A program made the translations under genes and the position numbers. A stretch of DNA of 63,354 nucleotides, filler included, from Catajapyx aquilonaris (lineage: Eukaryota): NCBI GenBank assembly GCA_000934665.2. It is 2 parts of 2 records of this genome, joined end to end, with 100 filler letters (N's around TTAATTAATTAA, not from the genome) between each part and the next. Parts side by side here need not be neighbours in the genome. Positions count along the whole stretch, not along the records: positions 1 to 31,674 come from JYFJ02004510.1; 1 more part is not named here. One strand, 5' to 3'. The first letter of the stretch is position 1; every line of letters starts with the position of its first letter. Shown in pieces: positions 1-11,600 of this stretch. The notes beneath the pieces were generated by a model, which worked only from the letters and a program-made list of their open reading frames with translations, was not told where the DNA came from and searched no databases.

Positions 1-545
1 CTCAAATATTTTGGCTAATTATTTAAAATAAACATTTTGTTTCATGTTTTATGAATCCCCCGACCATTTGGATTCGAATGACACATGAACCATTGCGATA
101 GAACAAATAGTTCCTGAGATATGAAGCGAAATAAAGTGACGGTTTTTTCTATCGTCAATTTTTTCCCCTTGACCTCACACGTGATCCGTTGGTCACAGGC
201 GCCCGAAAATCGCGAATTACACTAGTATAGTGGTTGTAATCTCGTGTGCCAATTTTCAAAAATATCAAAAAATGTGGGGTGTTATGCACTTGTTGAACTC
301 TCCTGGAATTACCCTACAGCACCATCCCGCGCCAAACCGGAGAAGTATAACGCGCACAGTAAACACCTGCCGCGCCAGGCGTGCCTGGTCTAGTTCCGCC
401 CGGTTCCACTCTGAGGGCGTCGCCACCTGCGCCCACCGCCCCGCGCGCGGTTTTCGAACGACACACTTCCAGCTTTCACACTGGCCTTACCGTTCGTCTC
501 TAAGAAAAACTGCTTATACCCTTGGAATTAGGATTTTTTGCCCGA

Positions 546-573
546 TGGAGTGTCCCTTTAAAGGGACACTCCA
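546..573. mobile_element. Junction of two abutting Kolobok/T2-type MITE ends sharing one TTAA
   Basis: Perfect 28-bp palindrome TGGAGTGTCCCT-TTAA-AGGGACACTCCA. TTAA followed by AGG is the terminus pattern of Kolobok/T2-family elements. The far ends could not be located. Confidence 0.6.
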
Positions 574-929
574 CTCAAAATACAAGTTGGTCTCTAAAAA
601 TCGTCCCAAAAATTAGATTTTGGACGGTGCAGCCCGTTTTTCTCTGGCCCGAACGGAAACCCCAGGGCGCGAGTTAAGATTCGTAAAATAATAGTATCCC
701 GCTCAGCAAGAAAACCCCTTCTGGCGGCCAGACGGCGAAGCACACGCCGGGATGGGGCTTAAACGCTATTTTCTAGCAGCTACAAGTAAATGCTAATGAC
801 ACGTTCCTCGCCTAGGCCAGTGCCTACTGCGTGCTAACACGTAATTGTTTAACAACAAAATGACTAATGCTGTAGCCTCACTAGCCTGACATACACCAAT
901 AGTGCTTCAAATTGAAATTAGTCATTGAA

Positions 930-1500
930 ACAGAGGAGGATAATTTTCATGTCAGGTAATACAACGTGTAATTAGTCGAGGTGTAGAATATACCAAGGTA
1001 TAGTTCAATTTAAGGGCTACTTTCCACTTAGACTAAAACACGTGCAACTTAATTCGTTTGAGGTTAACCCTGGTGTAGGATAAATTATTACAGAAGGATA
1101 ATCCACACTTACGATAAAACACGTGGAACTCCACCTAACGGAGAGTAGCTATGCGAGTAATAAACCACAACTGAGGGATATTTTATGAAGACAAGTTTTA
1201 TGAAGGATAATTTCAAGCTACGAGAGTACGAACCACGTGAGATAATTCACTCCATAATATTCCATGTGTTTCGTAGTTCAATGTTCAATGTGTTACTTAC
1301 CGGGCCAGTATTCCGAAGTACATTTCATATAATTTCTTGCAATATTTTGATCTATAAATTTTGAACTATTTTGTTCAACAATGCATGATTGTATCTCACC
1401 AGCTGAACTAGTTTTAACAGGCTGTTCATAACAGCCCAGAATATGTAAGCAGTGATACCAATGAACCTCCTTTTTTGAGGGAAAACTCCACGTGGATAAA
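930..1500 (+). repeat. Degenerate GGATAAWCCAC ~16-bp array, cluster 1
   Basis: Recurrent GGATAA/AAACCAC/CACGTG units, e.g. AGGATAATCCACAC, GATAAAACACGTGG, CCACGTGGATAAAC. Boundaries approximate. Confidence 0.65.
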
Positions 1501-1639
1501 CTGAGCGCGAAGAAATAATTAGCTTGAACCGGGGAAATCCTGACAGTTACTGTCGGGATTTCCCCTTTGAAGTAATTATTGCTGCATTGGGCTGAAAGAG
1601 ACGCAGGTTGACCCGTATCCAATCAGGCCTCCGGTCACG

Positions 1640-1767
1640 TATGTATGTACCCGTTGGCATCGTCTTAACCTTGTCTTGGGCCGGAATCGAGCCTTGACCA
1701 GGATGTCACCCGAAGGCTGAGTGAGGCTGAGAGCACTGGTATCGTCTCGCCCAACTAACCACCCGCT
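1640..1767 (-). mobile_element. Possible decayed tRNA-SINE head
   Basis: Minus-strand A-box-like TGGTTAGTTGG (1751-1761) and B-box-like GGCTCGATTCC (1683-1693). Spacing is rather long, and no tail or TSD was found. Confidence 0.3.
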
Positions 1768-4635
1768 GTGGGGGTGGGTGGGGGCAGACCAGACAGACTA
1801 GACTCTGAGGGAATCACGCCTCAATTCAGACCGTTATCGCCGCACGTGCTTCTGCATCACGTCAAGTGGTCGCATCGCACGGGTGACACCACCACGAACA
1901 ATCCTCACTGTATAATAACAGTGGCGCAAAGTCATGAACCGCTATTCATGTGCACCCACTTCACACCGCCTTTTTTCTGACCTTTTCACATTCTATCCAT
2001 CAGCTGCGCATTGCGTCCCTATTCGAGTTTTCGTTTCAGTCACAGACTTCTATGCAATCAGCTGTTCCTTTTTAAGCAGATAATTTTACGTCTATCAAAA
2101 ATTAGCTTATTTCGGCTGCTGAGAATATTCGTATTTTTAAAAATTGCATACGATGCGTTTTCATTCCAATGCAGCCAGGGATTGGAACATTTTCACAGCT
2201 TACTTCCTCCTGCTGCACGAGGTTTTACAATGAGTGCTTTTGATATTACCAGACAATATTTCAGATAACCTCGAAAATTAGTTGCTCCTAACTAATTATT
2301 CCCTCGAAATGAGTTTAGTGACAAAATCTCGCTAACCATTCCAGACACTTGACTCTGAGCATAAAGCACCGCCCTATTTGACATCTCTGTGGCACTATGT
2401 TATAAAGTCGATAAACAGCAAGCTGAAAATCCACACCATATTACTATAGACATCCTTAATATGGTGGGTATGTACTGCAATATCCCACCAAGGAACCCAG
2501 CAGGGTTAGAAGGGGGGGGGGGGAAGTAAGACGCTGCTTGTGTAGGGTAATTATTTTATTTATCTCTCTATATACACATGGCAATGAAATACATGCAGTC
2601 ATAAATACCTGCAAATGTGGAACACATTTTTCCTTACTCGGGGATTACAGTCATTTGAATTTATTGCACTTGCTATGACACGGGACATACTACATGCGAT
2701 AATCCATATAAAAAACACTCTAGCTGCCCCGACACCACTGTCATCTCCACGATTCACTAATTGAAAGAATTTATATAAACTTATCTTTGGGGACAACATT
2801 GAACATTAGTTACATTTTGCAAGCAAAAACAAATCCGCACCCTGCTGCAGATGATACTACAACTACACTTACGGTCACCTGTGTACCAAGATGCCAATGT
2901 TCTGGTTGAAGACATGCTTGGACCAGTCCCAAGATAGTTCTAGCGAATACATTCAGTTGTTACGAACCAATCATGAACGCAATGTACGTACTGTACATCT
3001 GCCAGTATCAATCACAAAGACAGTTGAAAACGTACGACTTGAGGACAATGCATCACCTCCATCCAGCCATCAACCTTCCCCAATTAAGTTACTCTACCTG
3101 CATATTTTTGCCAAATTAATGTTTCTAATAACAATCGTGGTAACTGATAAGTAGTGATTAACACTTTTCTGCAGCACCTTGTGTGAAGGGTATTAGACAG
3201 ATTCTGAAACATGAATAATAATCGTTACAACAATTGGTTTTCAACTTATGTTCAATAAAGATATGTCTAAATAAATCCTTTCAATTATGTTATTAGTGAA
3301 ACGTGTATGATAGTGGTGTTGTGGCAGTTAGAGTAGGTCACGTGGCTTTTCATACGCATTCTCACATAATTATACACTGATATATGGCATGTCCCATCTC
3401 ACAGTAAGTACAATATTCAAATGCCTGTAATTCGTGACCGTTAATGACAAGGAAAATATGTTACACATTTGCAGTGTATTTATGACTGCATATAAATTTG
3501 ATTGCCTTGCATGTAAAGAGACAGACAAATAAAAATTTTAAGGGCCATGCACCTCCAACAGTGTTTGGAGCTGATGCAATGCGAATGAAGTATAGTTAGC
3601 AAAAAAGTGTATAGCATTATTGCATCGAAGTGCTCCACATTCAGCCTGCCATTAAACAGAGGTGTTACCATGCTGAGACAAGAATCAGAAGCAAGAAATA
3701 AAGGGGGGGGGGGGAGGGACCTTCTAACTGATCACAAAAAATGACGGCAAAAAATGCCATCCCTGGAGGGAGATATGTTAAAGGTAAAGGAAAGGAGAGC
3801 GCCTGAGTGCGTGTGTGTGTATGTGTGTGTGTGTAGATCACCTTCACTCGGCTTCAATCTGGGTCAAAATTGCGAAACAACCAACACTAGGCAGCCTCTG
3901 CTGCTTCCAACTCTTATAAGTCAAGCTGATGCATATTTTGTTTCTGCCAAGGCATCACGTGCCTCGAATGTATATAGTTACGTCCCTTGTGATACCGTGG
4001 ACCTCCAGGCAAATGATGAAGCCTTGAGAACCGTAACTCAATGAATGGGAATTTTGCCGGTTTGCTCCAGATTTCCACGGATTATACACACTTGGATTCC
4101 GTTTTGAATGGATGCCCATCATTGCTTGCTTTCCCTCTCCCTCTTCCCCCTCCTCTCTCCCCCCCTCTCTGGCTGGGCAGTGGTTCATATGCATAGTTCA
4201 CATAATGATGTACATCACGTTTGAGTCTGACAAATTCTGCTGTACACGTATAAAATTCAACAAAGCGTCACTATACTGCCCCCATCACTCCCTCATCTCA
4301 TCCATCGTTTTAAATAACAATCAAAGTTATGTAGCCTGATTAAATATATAGATGATTATAAGTTACATTACTCAAAGTCAGACTTTGTCACTTCTTCACA
4401 AACATTCCAGCTCGTATTATATCTGGAAGGAAAACAATATCAGAAAATCTGCAAGAAATTGAAAGTGGCGCTTAAAGTAACAAAATCAGCCTGCTCGGTA
4501 AATTTTTCACAGTTCATTTGCAATATTTGCAGGCAAAAAGTAGAAGTATATCCCATAGTTTCCTAAAACTGCAATAAAATGGCAAATTTATGTACTGAAA
4601 TGAAAATAAAATTCACTAATATCGGAAATAATGTC

Positions 4636-4909
4636 TTAATTGAGGGGTGTGAGCAAGGGTGTGAGATCAAAAACGGCTAAGTTCATTTAGGGGGGGTGTA
4701 ACGCAAATACGTCCAGGAATCATGTATTTTAATGTCATTGGGTATTAATTTTACATTTGCGTATGTAGCTGAGTCGCGGCAACATACGAACGCAAAAAAG
4801 TTTCAAGATTGTACCAGTGAACGTTAAGTAATCATCGGTTTTTGCTCATTTTACGATCAGTTTTTAAGGGACTTGGCCGTTTTTGATCGATCTCACACTC
4901 CTCAATTAA
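4636..4909. mobile_element. Inverted-repeat (MITE-like) element bounded by TTAA
   Basis: Left TTAATTGAGGGGTGTGAG...ATCAAAAACGGCTAAGTTCATTTA pairs with right TTAAGGGACTTGGCCGTTTTTGATCGATCTCACACTCCTCAATTAA. Confidence 0.6.
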
Positions 4910-5574
4910 AAATTAATATAGGCCGAAAGAATTACTTACTACAGCATGCACACCAATGGAAGGTTAATCTGCGATTACGCATACACATGATCGGACATTT
5001 TCATTCAATTTTACCTGACACACCCGAGGGCCTGTTATGCAAAACGATTACAATCACATTATTTTCAATACACGAAGATCTCTTATATATCGTTACTTTT
5101 GTCACAAACACTGCAGGACTATTCCACTTGTCGAAAAATTTAGGATTGTCCCAGCATTTTGTGCGTGTATAGACAGCCTTCAACTGTAATTTTAAAGTAG
5201 GAAAATCGACTCGATGGTCACCGAGTACACGTTATTAACTATACTATGCCAAACACAATTTCGACCAAAACGCGATCGTTTTGTATTTCAACTGGGCGCA
5301 AATCAAGTTTCACCAAATAACTGAAGCCAATTATTACAGCTCCATCAGTCTATTATGTAAAGTTATTGCTCCAGTAGTCCCGTGAAGTCACGCACGAATC
5401 CCGCTGAATCCCCATCAAGTCCATCCGGTTCTAATCTGACTTGAAATAGCAATTATCATGGGAGTAACAAGTCCGATCCAGACGTTGATAGTTTGAACCG
5501 TGTAAGACACACTGCGCATGTATGTGAAATATTAATAATGAAGTTTGAATGCACCTAGTCCAGGTCAGACAGGC

Positions 5575-6066
5575 TTGTGATTGGCTGTCCGAATAGAGTA
5601 ATCCGCACAGTTGGCGCAGGTGTCGCGCTTTCACTCCCCACTCCTCCCTCCCTTACCTGGCTCCCCCCCCCATCCCACCCCTTCCATCCCCCACCAACAC
5701 TACTTTGCTTGGGTCTTATCCTCCTATACGTGCGAATAAGTGGAACGGGTTCCTCCGAGTTCCTTTCGCCGACCGACGGACTCCGCAGTCTTCTCCCGAC
5801 ACTCCTGGACTTGGCTGCAACTACTAGCTGGGGAGGAGGAGGAGGAATATTCCTCTCTTTTCTTTCATCGCAATCCTACCACAGGGACCCGTCATGCTAA
5901 GGCCCGTGACCTGTGACCAGTGACACCCCGTCAGCGTAGCACTTGGGATTATTATTGTTGTTTTTATTGTTGTTGTTCGGAGTGCGCGCGAAAGGAAAAC
6001 ACATTGGCAAAGGAGTTAGTGAGAAAGTTTGTTTCCGATCATCGGACTCGATTCTTGCTCGCACAC
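5575..6066 (+). promoter_or_regulatory. Putative promoter/5' UTR of the peroxidase
   Basis: Inverted CCAAT (ATTGG near 5580), CpG-containing and C-rich tracts directly upstream of the candidate first ATG. The transcription start site cannot be located. Confidence 0.35.
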
Positions 6067-6083
6067 ATGGCCGCCTCATCGGG
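6067..6083 (+). CDS. Cysu: Candidate first coding exon of the heme peroxidase (MAASS + GG, phase-2 donor)
   Basis: CAC-ATG GCC GCC TCA TCG GG followed by a perfect GTAAGT donor (6084-6089). Phase 2 matches the acceptor at 28194, giving MAASSGEGRGQRAVWCFSWLLCLLVTVSSA, which supplies the Met missing from the signal-peptide exon. The link across a 22.1-kb intron is inferred. Confidence 0.6.
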
Positions 6084-6972
6084 GTAAGTCTGGTGGACCT
6101 GGAGCCTTTTTTCCTTCAACATTGTCACGTATTGTCCCACATAGCTACACAGTGATTTAGGAAAGTGAGATATAGCACCAACTCGGAGAATGGACTTGTG
6201 CGGGTTTGCTTCTGGTTCAGATTTACTTACTTTCGGTGCGCAGGTAGAACTCGGGTAGGCTTGTACGAGCAGTGGACTCGTCCCATTCGAATTTGCCGGG
6301 AATGGACTTGGGCGGTTTTGCATATGGTAGGGCCATCTCTGTCGGGTGAATAAATAGGTAGGGCTTGGCTGGCTTGGAACTGATTGGGACCAAGTGCACT
6401 TGGGTCGATAAGCACTTGGGGTGACTTTGGCCTTTTCGTACCCTTTCGATACTCATCCAAAACTATTTTAATATTTAAATATTTGCGCCTATAAGTGAGG
6501 CGCTTGTAAATATGCCGATGCGGAGGAAATGGATTTGTGTACCTGCATACGAGGAGTTTCCCTTTTGTCAAGTGCAAGGTGGACTTGTCCCCGATATGCG
6601 AGTGGCATATGGACTTGGTCGGTTTGGTCTCTCTCCCCCCCCCCCCTCCCACCTCTTGGATTGGGGAGGGTCGGCCATGTTGGCACAGTACTGGCCTAAT
6701 GACGTTTAGAAAGTGGGTCATTGGCTGGATGGCTTGGTTCTTTGCTGCAGCCACTCTTGTCCGTCCGTCAGAGACAACTTCTTTTCTTTTCTTTTTTTGT
6801 TTGTTATCCTTCTCTCCTTCTGGCCATTCTTATTATTACCCAGCCCTCCCTCCATCCATCCATCCATCTAACTTTTAGGGCCGGCAAAAATGATTCCTTA
6901 TAGCGAGTGGGGCTGGTTGGATGAGCAGGCAGGCAGGGCAGGTAGGCAACTAAGTGCTGCTGCTGCACCCGC

Positions 6973-6977
<5 letters not shown>

Positions 6978-7027
<50 letters not shown>
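6978..7027. repeat. (CT)n microsatellite
   Basis: Direct reading. Confidence 0.97.
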
Positions 7028-7030
<3 letters not shown>

Positions 7031-7269
7031 TTATCCGCCCCCAGGCCAACCAACCCTCTTCGGAAAAAGGATATTTCCCCACCATATCCATCCTCTCATA
7101 ACACGATTGCAGTACTACCTAGCTAGAATTGGCAATTCTCTCAACAACACAGCAAGCAGGACGATCCTCTCGACCTTTTATGGCATGTTGTTTGACAGCT
7201 CGCTTGCCCGTAGCAAAAACCACTCTGCTGTCTCCTGGGCCATTCTTCCGGGCTCACGTCCACTGCCAT

Positions 7270-9300
7270 CATAAGAATGATCCCAATATATTAGGCTATT
7301 TGAGGCAGTTATCAGTTGGACCGGATGAGCCGTATAGGTATAGCTGGAAGTCAATCGTTAAACTGCATAAGGATCATCCAGATCGTGGATAACCCACGTG
7401 GAGGATAAACCTGCACTCGGATAAACCAGGTCGGATAATCCAGATATCCGGCAAACCCTGACACTTTCAATTTCATTGGGGGGGGGGGGGNNNGGGGGGG
7501 GTGTCATCCGCGTGGAAAATAATTCCTGCACATGATAAGCCAAGGAAAAATTATTCGACACTTGCAATAAGCATCATCGTGACCTGGTCTCGAGCACGTC
7601 ATGGTGTTAGTGTGTTACTGCACCTTCAGGGAGGAACCCAGCATGGTGGATGTGATGTAATATTGTAGAAATTATTCGGAAGGAGGCTAAACCATATGCG
7701 GTGGGAGATAATCCACATAGAAGATACTTCCATTTATGGCCGGTTTCACCAAGCCCGGTTTTCAAAAAAAACCTGTTATTTCGGAAAATCCCTATACTAT
7801 TTGCAGGGATTTTCCGAAAGAACAGTAGTTTTTATGAAAACCGGGCTTGGTGAAACCGGCCATTACTGAAGTTTATCAGATGTGAGAATACACATGGTGT
7901 TCCTCCGCAAGTTGACGATCCGAATGGGATGGGAAGGTAGGGCCCCGGGAGAGTTTCATGCAACGCCAGCCCAGTCGCGTCACATGGTTTGGGTGTACCT
8001 TTAGGATGTCGAGGGGGTAAATATTCCATCAACTCTATACCGCCTTCGGATTATGAACACCGGACATATGATTCATTATGAGGATAATAATAATCATTTG
8101 AAATAGTTATTGTGGGTTATAATGCTCAATTTGACTATATATGATACAAGAGGGTTATTCATGTCCGCGTAGGATAACCTCCCCCAGCTTAATTCCATGT
8201 GGTGAATAACATGGTGGGCATGGAAACAAATTAATCCACCTGCGACTAAGGCAGGTGAATGCTAAACAAACGCAGCGTTAAATATAAGTAAGATAATCTA
8301 TCTGGAAGATAATCGAAAAAAACACAGGTGACTTATAGTTAATATACCGCGTAAAATAAATTTCATCTATTCGTCGATAATTATGCTGAATGAAGGGCCA
8401 ATTCGAGGCTCATACCTGTCAATCACGATTCTACGATAGATATTATAGTTTACGGATAAATTCCGCAAAAATCAATACTCACGGGGGATAAACATGTGGT
8501 AGATGTTCATCACTAAAGATAAACAGCGTTGCATTCAATCCACATCATAAATAATCTTGGTGAAGGATAAAATAAGCCTAGGGAGTTCATTATAATTCTG
8601 CATTTACTTAACACACGTAGTAGTGAATCCATCAATCTCGATTAGTGATAAACCACTTTGGATCATTTAAGTGGTGTGTTAACCATGTAGAAGTTAATTC
8701 TCTTGGTAATAAACCACTTAGAGCGTTAGAGGACAAGTGTGCTTATCATCAACAACGTGCAACTGAATCCTATAGTCCGATCAAGATAAAGCAGGCAGAC
8801 GAAAATTCTCATAGAAAATGAACCAACCAGGGGTATATAACTCCGATTTAGCATAATCCGCATGAAGATTAATACGCTCGAGGATAATCCCAGTAACGGA
8901 GAAACCACATAGTGTTCAATCCGCTCTTTAAGTAAACCAGGTAAAAACCATATACCGGTATGGAGTAAGCCACGAAAAATATTTACTTTCGTGGAGGTTA
9001 TCCACGTGGAAAAGATTCCTGCTGAACAACAAGTTAATGCACGTGTGGGATAAGCCAAGATAAAAGTAATCCACACATGAATAATCCGGAATGAGAGGAC
9101 GATGATTCACGTGGAAGATAATCCGAGTTAGAATAAACCACGTTGAAATGAAAATGAAGACGGTGGTGAGTATAGTTGCCATGGCCCTGTGTGAAAAGAG
9201 GATAATCCATATCGAGGATAAAATGCATTTTTGTGGCCAAAATAGGAAGTGTCGCCCAGAAGAATGAATCCTACGCGGAAGATACTCAACACGAACTGGG
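7270..9300 (+). repeat. Degenerate GGATAAWCCAC ~16-bp array, cluster 2 (interrupted by the MITE at 7737)
   Basis: GGATAA at 7387, 7403, 7419 and 7433, with many further decayed units up to about 9300. Boundaries approximate. Confidence 0.8.
7737..7862. mobile_element. PIF/Harbinger (Tourist-like) MITE, 126 bp
   Basis: Terminal inverted repeats (TIRs) TGGCCGGTTTCACCAAGCCCGGTTTTCA ... TGAAAACCGGGCTTGGTGAAACCGGCCA, with further internal pairing (TTTCGGAAAATCCCT/AGGGATTTTCCGAAA). TTA on both sides (7734-7736, 7863-7865). Confidence 0.88.
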
Positions 9301-10161
9301 CCTAAACAATGCAAATCAGCCTTCCCTTTTTGGGTCTAACACACTTGTAGTGCTCCAAGGGGTAGTGGGTGGATGGGGGGGGGGGGAGGGAGAATCGGTT
9401 NGGTTTCGAGGTCATCCTGATGGTGAAGAGTGGACCAGGATTTTTTTTCTCGCCGTCTTTTTGATTCATTTTCTTAAGGCTGCTGCTTTTTTACCTGGCT
9501 TCTTCTGACGCGCACCTTTTATATTGCCCCCTCCCCCATTGGAAGAAGGGAAAAAAGTGGGTCATCGTCAGCAGCAGCTTCCTCTGACGGAAGAAATGGA
9601 AAATGAGACTGGAGATCACTCCTTCGTGGATTCCGACCACTTTCTTTTCTTTCAATTATTCCGCCCCTAAGCACACCAAAAGTATTCATACCCGACAAAA
9701 CACATACACTGATACACACACATGTATACTCGTTCTATACCACCAGTGGAAACCGGCCAACTTGAGCCAATCAGGACCATCTCTTATATCTTTTCCGCAA
9801 CAATGAACTGCGGCAGTGAAAAGCAATCGTGCATTTTCTTTACACCGCAATGACAAAAATGAAACTGCTGGAAATATCTGCACGCTTTATCAGTATATAG
9901 GCTCGTAACAATATCCTTAGAACTGAATGAAGCGTTGCTATTGGCTGCGGAATCAGCGCTGTTCATCACGCATTCGATTCATATCAGGTGAATGATCAAC
10001 CTAACCACACGTACATTCTATGAATCGTGTCATTGCGACTACAGTATGATCATTACGTAGGAATCACGATTTCACGATTTCACGATTTCAATCACTATTC
10101 ATAAATATTATACAAATTATTCGAAATTATGTGTACGTGTATTAATTATAAAATCAACGTG

Positions 10162-10485
10162 GGGGAGACGGAGTGGCGCTGCGGTAACGTATGCGCCCAC
10201 GGATGTTAAGGTCCCGGGTTCCGATCCCAGCCCGGGGACACCCCCTTCATCTCGTGCAGAGTTCGGGGTCATCTCTGGCTTCGTTTCGGGTGGTATTTCC
10301 AACAGACTAAGCCACCCGGGGGAGTTCACTAAATGAACACAGCTACGACATTGCACTGCACCTTGCACATCCCCTCCTGTCATCCTGCGCGTGGACCCGG
10401 GCGCTTCGCAAAAAGGTTCCGAAATTGTACGACGACACAATAAAGGTCCGTGCTGAATACCGGAAATTCAAGCACTACCCCCAGG

Positions 10486-10550
<65 letters not shown>
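10162..10550 (+). mobile_element. tRNA-derived SINE, apparently full length
   Basis: Pol III A box TGGCGCTGCGG (10174-10184), B box GGTTCCGATCC (10217-10227), about 250-bp body, and an (ATT)n tail at 10486-10550. Flanking 17-bp direct repeats ATTATAAAATCAACGTG (10145-10161) and ATTATAAAATAAACGTG (10546-10562) differ at one position. Confidence 0.9.
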
Positions 10551-10551
<1 letters not shown>

Positions 10552-10625
10552 AAATAAACGTGCAAATTATGGAGATATTTAAGACATATGCATTAATTGA
10601 CAATCAATCACGAATATGAATTCCG

Positions 10626-10735
10626 AGGCCCGGTTGCCTAATTCAGAATATATCCAGAATAAGTCGTTGACGCTTATGCTTCGCAGAAATTTTAATAACT
10701 TTCTCTGGATTATATATCGATTATGCAACCGGCCT
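10626..10735. mobile_element. Degenerate foldback MITE with GGCCGGTT-type termini
   Basis: AGGCCCGGTTGCCTAATT at the left pairs imperfectly with GATTATGCAACCGGCCT at the right. Inner ATATATCCAGA/TCTGGATTATAT also pairs. No clean TSD. Confidence 0.6.
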
Positions 10736-10969
10736 TTACTTTGCAAGACTATCAGTAATTTATTACTAACAACTGCTTGACCTTATTGGGCTATAGCTCA
10801 ATCTTGACTGCTAATATTTACCAAAGGAAATGCACCCACGTGAGGAAATGGTTGCAAGCCACTTTCGTCGAACAATTTAAGGGCGCGTGTTACTTAGGCT
10901 GTAATTGCGGGCAGTCCCTAACAGTTGTTATTTTTACAGTTGGAGACGGCGTTGGCGTGATGCACAAAA

Positions 10970-11600
10970 TAAAGAAAAATATCCTACTTGACAAATAGAA
11001 ACCGCTTTGAGGATAATCTGCACCTCGGATAAACCATGTAGCAGTTACTCCATGTGAGGATAATTCGGGTAAAATAGAAATTTTAAAAACCACACAATAG
11101 GATTTTCCTTCCAGTCTAGCACCTGAGGATAATCCACATTTGGTATAAACGGCATGCGATAATAAAGACTACTGCGATAACCACTTATAAGTCAATTCTC
11201 TCTATAATAATCAACCACGAAGGAAAAGGCACGTAGGACTTGTAATGGTATTAGGAGAAGGAGGATTAAGTTACCCGAGGAAGTTAATTATATGCTGAGA
11301 AACAACCTTTCAGAAGAGAACACTAAGGGAGGACAAACAAAATGTAGAAGCTATTCCGAATAAGAATACTCCGGGTGGAAACTAACCACTACAAAGCTTA
11401 TTATATGGCGATTAATCCACATGGAGGATAATGCGAACTTGGGATAAACGCCATGGTACTTATTCGTCTAGAGGCGAAGAATAAATAATTAGAAAGATAT
11501 CGTGGTAAATAAATTTCCTACATGATAATCCGTACTGGAGGCAAGTTAATCCAGATGAGAACAATTGAATCGCAAATTTGAATAAGGGGATAAGTCACAG
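10970..11600 (+). repeat. Degenerate GGATAAWCCAC ~16-bp array, cluster 3
   Basis: GGATAA at 11011, 11027 and 11058. GAGGATAATCTGCACCTCGGATAAACCA (11009) nearly repeats GAGGATAAACCTGCACTCGGATAAACCA (7401). Confidence 0.8.

Noticed and set aside
10162..10240. tRNA gene
   Set aside because: It has A and B boxes but no complete cloverleaf or T-run terminator, and continues into a body, tail and TSD, so it is a SINE head.
10380..10619. Poly-Tyr and poly-Ile ORFs
   Set aside because: Translations of the (ATT)n SINE tail.
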